Assembly: GCA_001949185.1 (NCBI GenBank)
Contig: BDGG01000002.1
Coordinates: 8,360,448 to 8,424,447 of the forward strand
DNA: 64,000 nt
Direction of reading: 5' to 3'
Origin: Ramazzottius varieornatus
Taxonomy: Eukaryota; Animalia; Tardigrada
Shown: one piece after another, positions 13,926 through 35,495 of the stretch
Layout of the letters: each line of letters opens with the position of its first letter
Position numbering within the stretch: position 1 is the stretch's first letter
Made by a program: the position numbers and the translations under genes
The notes under the pieces: model-generated
Told to the model about the DNA's origin: nothing
The model's input: the letters and a program-made list of their open reading frames with translations, nothing else
Database searches by the model: none

Positions 13926-16900
13926 ATGGACTCTGCTAAACCAAAGCCCGACAACGAAGTCGTCGATTACAAGCAGCTGCTGGAGCAACAACTCAAAGCC
14001 AATGCCGAACTGACCAGCGTAAGTCGATCAACAATCAACCATGTTTGTCTGCTGAGCCGCGATGACGTCATTGCGGCCTAGGAAACGCACAAGAGCCTTT
14101 TCTCAAGTAGCGCACTCTTTGTGCTAACGGCAATGGAAAAGTGCGTCACTTGGAAAACTCGTCCAGATCGCCTGCCCAAGCGGCGCAGGCTTCCAGCTAA
14201 GGACAATAGATACGTGCGCGACTTAAGATATCGTTCTTGTGCGCTTCGCTAACCTCCTTCGTATATTGAGGCCTTCTCGACGTTCCATCTTAAGAGTTGC
14301 ACTTTCCAGGCACTGGAAAAACTGGCTCAAGGAGTACGAATGCAAAACCAAGCAAGTCCACCAGCAGCCTCGGTTCCTGCCTCTCCGTCGGCCACAATGA
14401 CCCCAACGGCTAACCCTTTTGGTTCGACCAATATGACACCGATCAAGCTGGGCGCGCCACCCGTCAGTGCCGCGGTATCGGCCTTGAAGTTGTCCCTACC
14501 ACTACCGACCCGCCGTCGCATCGAGCTGAAGCTGTCTCGCGAAGTAGAAGTCCCTAAAGAGAAGGAAAAGGAGAAGAGTCGTTCGCGCAGCTGCCCGGTC
14601 AGCTTGGAGCAAGCTCGAACTTCCCTTGTTTTGGTAAGGTTCGCTGTCTGGCGATCTTCTCGAATTCGTATTTCGATTTACATGGTTTTGATTTTATGTA
14701 GCACGGCAACCAATTGGAGAAGCAGCAGCAACTGGACACCTACTGCGAAACTTACCTGCATCGCATCGGTCGAGCCAACGATGGCCACACAATCTTCAGC
14801 GTCGGTGTCGTTGTGACGCCATGCTCGGCTGATCGCCTTGGCGTTCTTACTGCCAAGCTCCTCAATGGGTACATTATCACGACCGCGAAAGAAACCAGGC
14901 GTCGGCAAACGATGCTACCCATATGGTTGCTTCAAGTGGCGCAGGTTCGTGATTCTACTGGCTGAAAGCATGCGCCACTTGAAAATTCCGAAAAAATCGT
15001 TTGCCCATGTGGCGCACTATTTCGGAAATATTGGCTGCGAGGGTGCGCCATTCGCTGAAAACGACAGGGCCGAATGCATTTGCCAACGGTCCCATATTAT
15101 GATCAAATGCTTCCCAAGCTGTGTTTATAATATCGGAAAACAACGTCTTCTCGAAATGCACACCTGAAAAAATATCCAACCCTCCATATCCCCGACGGTT
15201 CGTTTCTTGTAAAATAGGTTGCGTGTTATGTTCGTAGGGATGTGGGCGAATACACTTATGGACAGAAAGACTTGATGGGTGAGCCATTCGAGGCGCCGGC
15301 TGCGGGAGACTTGGTGTACTTTGTGTACCCCAATCGAGGACCGAAAGATGTGCGCACAGCCACCTTTGTCATCCCGCTGAAGCTACAGAGCGCCAGCTGG
15401 TACAGGAGTCCGATGAAGCGCGAACGAGTAAGCGTCGCTTTTCTCACCTTACACTATCACGGGCTGCTGGAAAGAAGAGGTTGTTGAGGAAGTTTGTTTG
15501 TGTCTTGCAGGGATTAGTTCTTCGCGTCATGCGTCATCAAGGTGGTGTCTACATCGGCACAGCCTACGACAACACCGTCATGTTTGCCCCGTTCCGAGCT
15601 GTTGTCCATCCTTGCCAATACACGCGACGCGGCGATCAAGTCGAATTCAACATTCCGGCCAACTATGTCCCACCTAAGGTATGTCAGTGGGTATTGGCCG
15701 AATGTTGAATTAGGAAATGGGGCTTCTACCCAGGTCGTCATTTCAAGTGGCGCACTGTTTAATTGGTATTAGCCAGCACCGTGCGCCACTTGGAACAACA
15801 AACTGAGTGAATTCATATGGCAACTTCTCGGATGGTTTCTTGTAGGACACCAACTCGCTGAGTTTCACGGAAGGTCTGGTCAACGTCTGCGTGGTTCCGC
15901 CCAACAGCTTGTGGGAAGGCTCCTTGAGCGAGGAGAAGATTGTGGGCTATGTCAGTCGGGTCCCGTCGCCCTCCAACCAGAATGTGGGCTTGATCCAGTT
16001 CATGGATGAGAAGCGCGTCAACCCCGACCAGTCCCTCAAGACCTCTTACATCGCTTTTACGCCCAAAGATGTCAACTACGACCATAGCTCACTGGTCAAA
16101 CTCAACCACAAGGTACGTTCGAGGACACAAACATCAATTAACAATTTTCGAAGCATTCCAGTGCAAGAGAAAATTTTCCACATTAACTGTACACAGACGG
16201 GAATTTCCGTGCACCGCGCGCACCGGTCGAATACTAATGGGGAAGTGTTTTTCCAGGTCAGCTTCCGCATTTTGTCGTCTGGTGAGAAGCGTCCGGCCAT
16301 CGCCGTCAACATTGGCATCGAAGAAGGTTTGGAGAAGTTCCGGGGCCACATCGTCGCCGTCTGCAATGGCTACGGCTTCATTGAGCATGAACATCTGACC
16401 GACATCTGGTTTCACTTTACGTAAGCCTAAATTTATTTCAGCACTTTTCTGCCAGCCTTTCTTCTTGTCTGAATATCTCCATCCGAATATCATTTTGTGC
16501 GTACAGGCGTCTGCGACCGGGTGTCGATGGGCGAAAGCTGCGCATTGGTACCCTGGTGGAATACTCGCTGCTGCCACAAAAGCCCGACCGCAGTGGACTA
16601 CAAGCTTGCCAAGTCCAGCCGCTACTTCATCAGTACCTTCCCGGTTACGCTCGTCTGGAAGATGAAACCTGGCACGTTGGCGTCGTCGAGCGCGCACTGC
16701 GCAACACCAACCCCGCCCAAAGCCAGTACCACGGCTTGGTTCGCACTCGCATCAACGGTATAACATTCATATCCATTCGTTCAGTGTCGATCGTCTGCGC
16801 GTTATTTGGCTTACCGCTGACTGTTGTCATTATAGATCAAGACGAAGTGTATCTCTTTTCGATGAGCGGTATTGTCCGCAAGTACGAGATTCTGCAAGTG

Positions 16901-18526
16901 GGCGATCGCGTCAAGTTCCAGATCGGCTTGGATGGCCAAACCACCCTCCGCCGAGCTGTCAACATTATTCGCACGGTCTATGTTCTGCAAGTCAAGACTC
17001 TCCGCTCTGATGGAGAGGTGGGGTGTCAGTATGTAGTAAAAACTATACGGACAAGCTTAGATCATTGGCCCAAATGGCGCACGCTATCAGCTACTCATAC
17101 CGAGAACGTGCGCCACTTGGAAAAACAGTTTTGTGGAGTTTCCTAATTGGCGCACGCTCGTGGCCGACAACACTGTAAATGTGCGCCACTAGGCAAATGC
17201 TGTTGGCCGACTGTCATTTATGTTGATGGTTCGTTCAAGGTTCTCACTTTTTTGGGCACAGTTTGTATATTGAAGTCGTCCAACGATAACTCTGTTTGCA
17301 GTTTGGCTTCCTGTTCTTTGGTGGACAAGACCTGTTCTTCCATTCCAGCCAAATTCGTAACCGAATGCGCCCGCATCAGGGCGACTGGGTGGAATGTGCT
17401 TTGGCCAAAGACCGTCATGGCCGCTTGTGCGCCTCCAGCTTGCGCATCCTTCATCCCCGGTAAGTTTCGCGTAGTAAGATTGTCACAGTAGAAATTCCAT
17501 GCCTGTTGTAATTTCCAGAGAAATGACGCGTGAGTTGTATGAGCGTGCCGCCAGCTTGAACCCGCGCATCGAAGGTGACTTCCCACGTCCACACATCCAA
17601 CCCAAGAGTGGACTGTTCGCCTCTGAACGCGACATGGACAATATGGACGACTTTGATTTGGAACACAACTACGGGTAAGTAACCCTTTCCGCCTCTAGAA
17701 AGGCATCACAGTACCTGTCCAGTTGTTGTCCAGTTGTTGTTGTTGTTGTGTCCAGTTTTTGTCCCTTCTGTAGAAGCTCTGGCCAGCCTCGCAGTCACAA
17801 CGTTCCTCGCGAGCCTTACTGGCTGGTGGTTGTGCCCGAACTGTTCCGTGACAGCTGCCGCACCAAGGCTGGCGCCATCAAGGTACCCAAGTCCCTCTAT
17901 GAACTGTGGCTCAACGGTATGGCCACCACCATCAACTTCCAACCACCGGAAGGCTCGGCAGCTACGGGGACCACGACCATTGCCGCTTTGCCAGAAGTTG
18001 GCGCTGAATTGGGAGACTTCGAACGCACTCAAGTAGGTCCACATATCGAAGGCTGGCAATCGAACCGTACCAGATTTGCTCCCTGCAAGTGGCGCACGTT
18101 ACCAGTTGGTAACAATGGAAAGATGCGCCACTTGGGAAGTCGATAGGATCGCTTCCCAAGTGGCGCACGTCGTCATTTGAGAACCATGGAAGCGTGCGCC
18201 TCTTGAAATAACAATATTGTACGTTGACATTCCCATCTTGGCAGGTTACCGATGTGGGCGGCGCAGCAGGACCCACCAAGCCCGGTCAGCTGGACCTGCC
18301 GGATGAGCTGCGGGCTTACCTGGGACCACAAGCCGTGGGTGGAGGTGATAAGGGAGACAACGCCCAACGTAGCGCCAGTGGCATTCGTCCCGGTAACTGG
18401 TTGATTGGGGCCCAAGGCAACTCCAACGTCAACCGCGGTGACAACAAGGAAGCCCGCGCCTTTGTTCGCGCTACAAAGTCCCACGAGTACCACCTGGGTC
18501 GTGGCCGTCTGATGGGACGATTCTAA
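13926..18526 (+). CDS. Unr/CSDE1-like multi-cold-shock-domain RNA-binding protein (divergent), multi-exon
   Basis: ATG in gccATGg context (MDSAKPK). Repeated CSD/OB motifs: GHIVAVCNGYGFIEHEHLTDIWFHFT, FGFLFFGGQDLFFHSSQI..GDWVEC, YLFSMSGI..LQVGDRVKFQI, RGDQVEFNI. Ends GRGRLMGRF*. Confidence 0.75.
14104..14225. repeat. 12-25-12 palindromic units (x2, period 73), CSDE1-like intron 1
   Basis: Units start at 14104 and 14177. Confidence 0.88.
14933..15054. repeat. 12-25-12 palindromic units (x2, period 73), CSDE1-like intron
   Basis: Units start at 14933 and 15006. Confidence 0.88.
15744..15792. repeat. 12-25-12 palindromic unit (x1, perfect arms), CSDE1-like intron
   Basis: caagtggcgcac tgtttaattggtattagccagcacc gtgcgccacttg. 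Confidence 0.92.
17071..17192. repeat. 12-25-12 palindromic units (x2, period 73), CSDE1-like intron
   Basis: Units start at 17071 and 17144. Confidence 0.9.
18086..18205. repeat. 12-25-12 palindromic units (x2, period 71), CSDE1-like last intron
   Basis: Units start at 18086 and 18157. Confidence 0.9.
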
Positions 18527-18801
18527 ACCATAGGAGAGAGATATTTGAGATATGAAATAGATGTGGATGTATGAGGAAGTTGTTCGCGTTACTCGTTGAC
18601 TGTTTTGTTGTTGAGACTCTGTTGAACGTTAATTTTGTTTTCTTTAGTGTTGTGTTTCTCCCAATGTTGACACCGGTTGAGCAACGTTATATCATCTCTT
18701 AAACTAATCGATAGAGAATCGAATCGGATCTATGACTTTACCCATCCATCCTACTGTGCGAGTACTTGGAACTCGAAAAACAGTCGACAAGATTGTTATT
18801 C

Positions 18802-18850
18802 GTAGTGGCGCACTTGTCCGGTCCACAACACCGTAACTATGCGCCACTTG
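18802..18850. repeat. 12-25-12 palindromic unit (x1) between the convergent 3' ends of CSDE1-like and MAP4K4
   Basis: gtagtggcgcac-N25-atgcgccacttg; the only complete unit not in an evident intron. Confidence 0.88.
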
Positions 18851-19248
18851 GGAAAACAGTCTTGCTGATTCTGTCTGACGCCTTTGAGAGAGGTTTTCTC
18901 GTTATCTTCAAGCGTCTCACACATGGTCAGATAACGAAGACTAAAACAAGAAAAAAGCAAGCTGCTGCTGAGATGAGAAAAGTGATGCACGAGTCAGAAA
19001 CACAAGTGATGGTAAAACGTTTAGGGGTAAAAAAGTCCGGGCAGAACTTATCGTCAAGAATACAAAAGAGTCACCGTTTCGATAAAAACAAGACGCTAAC
19101 ATTTAAAAACAATCTTTGCACTGTAAAACTTTGTACACATTATTTCTTAGATGGGTAGGGTATTTTTTTCTCAAACAGCAAAAAAAGTTACTGCGACACA
19201 CGAAATTGAAAGAAGAGAAACGACTTTTTGATGGATACTTCTGTTTGG

Positions 19249-27706
<8,458 letters not shown>

Positions 27707-28690
27707 TCTAGCAGATCCTTGCGCTCCTCTCGTCTCGCAAACGTCCGTGCAATTTCCACGTCTTCTAGCAATTTATCGACTCCATAGTCGAAGGTGGATT
27801 AAGGTCCAGGAATAGTCCAAGCGACGACGAGCTCTGCGGAGACTTGCCTTCGATCAAGCAAGTCTTTCTGATTAATCTGCCAAGTAGAAAGTTTAGCACG
27901 TATCATATGTACAGATTAAAACTTAATCGTCGTGAGCAGACGCCAACAGAGGAAACAGCCTGCCGTCTGATAAGGCTCAGTCGACTCACAAACTGGTTCC
28001 TGATCTCGTGCTTCAACGCAGAATCCGTGAGATAGAGATGCTGATGCAGCACAGTGAGCACACGCACAAATTTTAATTAGATTTTGTCAATGGAAAGTTG
28101 GAAACATTGGAAGAAGAGTTACACTGATGTATGTATATGTACGTACTTGCGCTACCCCAAAGAGTCAGTGAGAAGTTAACCGTCTCGAAACAACTGTAGG
28201 CGCCACGTGGTATTCCACACATTTATGGGTCAACGGATGGCACGTGGCAGGACTGCGGAGTGATTTGAGGCGGATTACACTGGATAACCTTTTTGATGCG
28301 TTGATTGACTACTGCTCTGAATGATATTTCGCAATCGCCCTTGAAATCCATCGGAATCTTATTTTTGGGACCCGAAGGTTGGGATGGATCTTCGAGTAGC
28401 CGTACAACTAAATAACTTTGTCCAAATATTATCCTTCACAATTCTTTGCGTCTCTTCGTGGCTTAACATCAAGCAAAGTATGACGGAAGGTTCCCTCTCC
28501 GTGACTTCGAAAACAAAAGAATTCGACCGAAGACTCCATAAAAAGCCGAAAACTCACATGGATCACAAAAGCATGCTTATCACGAGTGCTGATCATGCAC
28601 TTCAGTTCCCAAAAGAACACAACACCAAAAGACCAGAAAGTCTTCCGCTAAAACATCTTATGACAGAAGTGGTGAAACTGACGAGGAAGA

Positions 28691-29719
28691 CTAGGAAGGA
28701 ACCATTATACAAGATTTCTTCCAGCGACACTGATTGCACCATTTATGTTTCTGCTCCAGTCCAAAAACTTTGCGACATTTATAGCTGTGTCCCGGCTTGG
28801 AGTAAGCTCCCTTTCGCTTGGTCTTCCTTCTTGTCCGGCGAGACTTGGCATCCTCGTCGTCCTTGTCGATTTCGGCAGCAGCTAACAACTGAAAGCACCC
28901 CGATTGATTGCTAGCGCTGTCCTCTTGAACACCTGAATTTTTATTTTCGACTAACCAGTACTTCCAGGTTGTTCGGTTCTCTACCCATTTGCTGGACCCG
29001 CTCCGTCATCGCCTGGAAAGAAAAAAACGGGTCAATATTGATGGACCCGGAAGTAGGCGTCGTCTTCTGGCCATGGCCAATTCCTTATGGTTTCTCCTGA
29101 GAGTTTAACTTCTCCAGCTCACAGAGTTCCCACTCTTCCAGCGACGTTTCATCAACCTAATGGTCGTTACTGTAGCAAAAACTCTCGATAAAATTTTTAC
29201 ACATGAAATGTGTCGTCATGGGTTGTCTGGCGTCTGAAAATCGAACCAGCCTGATCGGTTCAGATTTTTGCCGGAGGGTCACAACCGCATCTTGCGAACC
29301 CTCGATTAAATATGGGATATTTTCGCTTAAGAATCAAGCAGAAGATCGTACCAATACTCGATGAAATTGCTTACAAGGCGTGAGAAGTCAAGACCGGGAC
29401 ATACCGAGTTGACGCGCTCCATCCAGGCTCCCACGTCAGCCGCATTCTCGCTTTTGGGCGTTTCCCGGAGCTTGCCTTCTTCTCGTTTCCTCCCTCTGGT
29501 AACCGGCACCACCCGGATATCTGTGCTCGGTATCTCCGCGCGGGAAGGCTGGAAAATCACTACGGCTGGGCGTTTCCTTGGGCCATGGACATCGTCGCCG
29601 TCAGCGGGCTCAGCGCAACTTTCTGACGACTCACCGGCAAACAGACCTCCTCGAATAAGAATGTCTTCTCGCGAGAAGTAACCGGAACTTAGAGAATCTT
29701 CGGTCACTCCAGAAGGCAT
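28691..29719 (-). CDS. Small C-clamp protein (ZNF395/ZNF704/SLC2A4RG-type C-terminus); start uncertain
   Basis: Exons ~29405-29719, ~28957-29013 and 28691-28888 splice in frame to ...MERVNS/AMTERVQQMGREPNNLEVL/LLAAAEIDK...YKCRKVFGLEQKHKWCNQCRWKKSCIMVPS*. Confidence 0.75.
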
Positions 29720-30420
29720 GAACTGTAAAAAGCAACATTAAAAACCTCGGGCATACGTAAATGAGACAAAAACTTTAAACTGCGAGTAGTTACGAAGGTG
29801 GGGTCCGAGCTGCTTTTGCTGAAGTCAGTGAAGTGAGACATTCCGAATCACATTCCGAATCACGAGCAAGACTTCCGAGTCCTGAGAAGAACGACAGAAC
29901 TTTCTGGATGAGCTACTGGCACTTATCTGCGTTCGACGAGTGTAGCCGGCATGGGAAATGGGAGACGCAGATCGCTTGGCAAGCTGTCGGTCTTGATTTT
30001 AATCCACAACAAGCATTCGAAACGAGTTCGACGTCATGGTTAAAATTTACTGTGGTTTCAGACTTCCAGTTCTCACGTTAGGACGGTCAAAATCTACGTT
30101 TTGTTGCCCATGGCTAACCAATATCCTGCGCTTTGATGAAGTTGTGGAACCATAGAAATTTTTATGCACGAGTATGACGTATCGGGATGCGCCCAATTAA
30201 CGAGACTCACGGACTTTATGGGAATCGGATGGGCGCCGGAAGTTAGATCAAACAAGATGCCCAATCAACTCCACAGCACTGCGCTGCTTGATCTGGGTGG
30301 TTCAGACTTTTGTGACGTTTTCTCATCAGTTTAATTTTTTTATTTCCGGTCCAAGATTCCCGACTCCCGAGGATTGGAGTTCCCCGTGAGTTGCTGGATA
30401 TTCTGCTTACCAGTTTCACC

Positions 30421-33400
30421 ATGGATGCGTCTAGCCAAGCGTCGACCATAAATGAAACATTCACCGATCTTTATCCTTCGATATCGAAATGGACTCTTGC
30501 ACAGGACGTCGCTCTATTGGATTCCATCGACCGTAAGCTTACTTCAGATAATGTTGTGTTTTGCTATCGCAGACCAAAACAGTAGTCCGAAAGATATTTG
30601 TGTGTAGGATTGTCGAAGAAGGTAGCGGGTCGGACGGAAGCCACATCCAAGAACATCCATGGTATTGCCGACCAACTCAACCAGAATCGTGTGCGACTTC
30701 ATTCCGCCATCAACTCCTTCAACTCCCTTTCCAATACCCAGTTCGTCGAAAGTCGTGTTCGAGAAGACGACCCGCATGTAGTGAAAAAAGGGAAAGCAGA
30801 TGAGAACGATTCGATCAAACCAACCGAAACAGCGGAGCAGAAAAAAATGCGCGAAGTAAGAAACTGTTTTCATCTGTTCTCGTTTGAATAGCGTGTGACG
30901 TTATGAAATCGCTTACATTACCGTCTACATTGCTCGGTCGATTGTCGTCATGCGCAGGTGTAAGCGAGAAGCAGCGGTCTGTTATGTTCGTGGCTTTATG
31001 GGCACTGATGAATCAATGATGACTTTGCGAACTCGTTTCATGTCAGGGGTTGTCTTTTTATAGTTAAAAGAAGCGATAACCATGACGCAGGCCGTGATGC
31101 GGGACTACTTCAACGTGGTGGAAGTGAACATCGAAGACAGCGACGACGACGACGAAGAATCCTCGCGGACGCCCAAGAATGCAAAGCCCACCTTCCGTGA
31201 AGCCAAAGACCCGTACCTACACCGTCCGCTACCTTACATCATCGGCACTGAAGAGTTCAACCGCGACAAATACATAGGTTTGAGGTCGCAGCTACAAGAA
31301 AAACCAAGAGCGAACGGCGCAACCGAAGACGAAGTCGTCCTGTCTGCGCGCTTCGACGACCTGCTCGTTCAACCCAACGGCCATTCTTCCGCCCGGCAAC
31401 GGACAGATTCGCCCTTAAATGTTCCCGCATCACCACCCTCTACTGTACGTAAGAGTGGCGTCATTAGTTCGGAATCGGAAGACGATTCCAGTTCGGACAT
31501 ATTCAACACTCACTCCATCAAAGACTCTTCGTCCAGCAAGCCCTCCGTTACACCCAGCCCAACACCCGGAGCGCGGGTTCTCCCACCGTCGCTTACCCGC
31601 TCTTCTTCCCAAGCTAGTTCGGCCAAGACGGGCAACCTGTTCGTCGACGGTGATGAAGAGGACAGTGACTTGTTCAGCACGACGAAAGTCAGACCTGCGA
31701 CTCAAACAAGTCAAGCCAATCAAGTCCTTGTTCCTCCTGAACCAGTCAATCAAGACGCACCCAATCAAGCGAAGACGATCGTCAAGCCACCTGTCGCTGC
31801 TCGAACTCCATCAGTCCCTTTTCCTACGACCGGCAAGCCTCCTTCGAAGAAGATGTCGATATTCGCAGACGACGACGAAGATGAAGACGGTCTCTTTTCT
31901 AGCCGGAAAGTCACCATCGGCCAACCAAGAAAAAGTCCGACGAAAGAGGACGAAAAGAGGAAAGTGGCGCAACCGATAACTGTCACTGCTGATAAGACTG
32001 CTCCGTCGACTCCTTCCACTAGCACACCAACAGTGACCAAAGATTCTCCTTCATCAAGAACCGTCACTGAAAAGGCCAAGAAAAAAGCGACGTTGTTTGA
32101 CGATGAATCGGACGAAGATCTGTTCACGCTTCCGTCAGTAAAAGTTCTAAAATCGACGTTACCAATCAACGAGGCCAATCAATCGAACCCGACAAAGGTA
32201 GAGAAGCCGTCCGTCAAAACACGACTGCCACCCGTTCCTGCTCAAGCTCAGCCTCCTCCGTCGTCTGGTTCCTCCTCGCAGTCGAGCTCGATCAAAGCCA
32301 GGAACTTATTTTTGGACGATGATGAAGAGGACGACGACTTGTTCTCTAGCAAGAAAGCAGCCAGCCTTATACCAGTCGTCATTCCGGCACTTGCCGCACT
32401 TCCGATCAAGCAGGAAATTCCGCTTCCAGCCCCAGGGCCGTCGACCAGCACCCCACAGCCCGCTGTCGAAGCTCCAGAGAATAACCCTGTCGGTAGTACC
32501 TCAAAAGTTCAACCAACAGCAAAGAAGTTCGAGCAGAGAGCCATGGAGTTCGATAACGAAGACTCTGACAACGACGATCTTTTCGCACTGCCTTCTTCCA
32601 ACAAGACCGCCACGAAATCAGTGGCGTTACCTCCTCAACCAACAGTGTCGGCACAAATACCTGCCATAACACCAAGACTGACTGTACATCCGGGTCCACA
32701 GCCTTTGTCCGCCAAAGTGCAAGAAAGTCTTCCTGGAGAGCAAAAAAGCGAACTTCCGCTCGGTATGAGGGCTCAAGCGTTTCCGCAGCCAAAAGATACC
32801 GAACCAACGCTGTTTTCTGTAAGCGTTCAGGCCAGAACTGTCAGCCAACCCAGTGACGAACCTAAAATGGTAGGGGAGTCCGAGAAGAGTAAGCCTCGGC
32901 CAGTTGTCAGAGCTCGCACTTCCCTCCATTCTCTCCCCGCAAGTTCCCCATCGAAGGCAGCCTTAGCTCCTCCAGCTGAAATCAAAGAAGCGCTTGTTGA
33001 ATATACTGAAGCTATAAGTGAGGAGAAACGTAACATTGAAACGGACCAAGCGGATGTGGAAGTTGAACCAGCAAAAGAAGAACCACCGGAAGTAGTAACG
33101 CAACCATCCATGACTTCTCCCTCACCTGCTCCCGCTCCAGAAGCACCTTCAGGACTTGCAGGTAAGTGTACATATTCCAAAGTTGGCACAGTGACTCTTC
33201 AACAGGAAATGATTGTAATGATCAGCGTTGACGTGTGCAGAAAACCTCGAGGGAGGAAGAGTGGAAGAAAGCCTCGCTCACTCACCAACGCCTTCTCTGC
33301 CACAGTCAGCTTCGGATCCGGTTGTTGCCACCGTTCGGGAAGCGGGTGTCGAGAAACAAGGAGAAGAACCTAAAGAAGATCTTACAGCTGTAACTCTTTT

Positions 33401-33968
33401 AGATGAGTCAGTCGGGGAAGCAACAGAAGAAAGTCGAGCCGAGTTAGCGTCAGAACAAGCTAGCGATAACATGGGCGAAGATCCTTCTTCGAGGCTGACT
33501 TTGAATGTCGAGAAAGTGGTGAAGCCTCCAGTCAGTAAGAGTTCTGAGAAGCCGGTTGAAGTGGCAGTTGAGAAGAAAGCACCCAAGTTGAGTCTTTTCG
33601 ACGATGACGACAACTCGGATGAAGACCTCTTCGCCCCACCTTCCGCTCGCAACTCCAGCAAGACCCACACTACCACTTCCTCCAGTGCCAGCGTCAAGAC
33701 ACCCAGCATTTCTTCATCTGTCGTGTCTGATCAGTCCAAGAAACCCCCGGCCCTGGTTCCAGGCCTTTTTGAAGATGACAGCGAAGAGGAGGATCTCTTC
33801 TCTATCAAGCCGATTAAGACGCCAATCAAGCCTACAACAGCAGCTGTCAATCAATCGAAGTCAACAGTCAGTCCGCCGAAAGTGGCTCTTCATTCCCCGT
33901 TAATGGACGGTCCTCCCCCTCTGGACACCGTGGAGAGTTCCGAGTCAGACGACGATCTATTCAAATGA
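30421..33968 (+). CDS. WASHC2: WASH complex subunit 2 (FAM21)
   Basis: N-terminal KWTLAQDVALL, RLHSAINSFNSLSNTQFVESRV, KDPYLHRPLPYIIGTEEF; long disordered tail with many LF-acidic-LF motifs (LFDDESDEDLF). Introns at ~30533-30572, 30856-31063 and 33162-33240. Confidence 0.9.
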
Positions 33969-34297
33969 TTGTCTTTTCTGTTTTTATGCCGTATTTTAAA
34001 AATTGTGATTTTCTCTGGCTGTTCTTCCATGTTAGTTTCGGCGTAGTTTACCGGTGAAAGAATATTATCCCGACCAATTGCTGACCTGTCTGCACGATTC
34101 CGGGCAGGCCTATCTTGTAAGAAGTTGCCTTTCGGATACCAGTAGGAAACAAAGTTGCGTAATCTTTTCTTTAGCCAGTCAGAGGCGGTATCGCTACATC
34201 AGCCATGGATGGAATGAAGTCATCAGGGGAACCATTACAACAGAATCGTCAAACACTCCAACCGAAGTCTGTTAAACGCATCCATTTTCTTTAAGTA

Positions 34298-35495
34298 TCA
34301 GTAAAAAGCATGGTTGGCACTACGAACGAGACGGTGGAGACTTCTGGCTTGTCGTCGACGACGACCGTTTCGCAAAGTTATACTCATTGGCTGTTGTGTG
34401 GGGTAGTTCGGAGCTGCCGTAGGTCTGGGAGCTGGTGCTGGAGCAATGTAGGGCGGCACATACCGCGTGGTGGTGGGGGTTGTGGTAGTCAGAGTAGTTG
34501 TCGGACTTGTCGTTGTGGTGGCTGGTGGAGCCGGCGTATACTGACCATTGTTACCATCAGTGCCAGAGCCACCACCACCGCTACCTGTTCGGCTGGCTGA
34601 TCCACCACCGCTACCACTGGGTCCACTAATAGACGATGGTCTTTTAGGGTATCCGTCGGCGTCGACCCACTCGTCACAGTTCAGCGGACTGCCACGGGTT
34701 ACAGCGCTGCCCACAATGAAGGTACCGAGACCGTCGACGCAGTAATCGATGTTTCCCATGGTCTGCTTCTTGTCGTAATCCCCGTTGCCCTTACAGACGG
34801 GGACATAGCCACCCATCGCGCCGTTCTTCTGGGCGGTGAGGGCTGTGTCACGTTCTCGCTGGCACTTGGACGGACGGTAACTACCACCGCCGAATCCCCA
34901 GCCACCACTGTACCCTCCGCCACCGACACCATTGCCATCACCGTACGCGCCACTGTCAATAGCATCGGCAAGAGACCCTGTAATGCCCAAAACACTCCAG
35001 TGAGATGGCGGAGCAGTATGCCGATGAAGCAAAGTACTTCCTGCCAAAGCAGTAACACGTGGACTTGAGTTATGTACAGTATTACTTACTGAGACCGGGT
35101 CCGGCGAAGACTTTCATGCCAAGGTAGACGTCGACGTTGCTGCCGTTGCCGGCTTTAAATTTATCGTCAGTTCTGAGGAAGTCCAAGTCGTCGGAATTTC
35201 CCATGTGACCGATCTGCAGCTGTCGCTGGAAGGGATGGCGATTTCGACGTGGTCCATGCAGCTGCTGGCGTATCAATTGTCTTCTAAAGGAAGGATCATG
35301 GTAGTGGTGAGGATTGTGGTGGTAATGCGGGTGCTGTTGTCGGCGCAACATTGGAGCCATTTGCATCACAGGCTGAACATCTTGCCTACTCCGTTGCAAA
35401 CTGCGTTGCGCCATCATGTGGAAAACATCCTGAGCCAAGATGGAGGAGAGAAGGCATAACGTCAGGAAAGCCTTCTTTAGGATAGAGCAATACAT
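34298..35495 (-). CDS. Secreted protein with a thyroglobulin type-1 domain and Gly/Thr/Pro-rich tail
   Basis: Signal peptide MYCSILKKAFLTLCLLSSILA; 49-nt intron at 35041-35089; KCQRER...YVPVCKGNGDYDKKQT..YCVDGLG...C. Confidence 0.75.
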
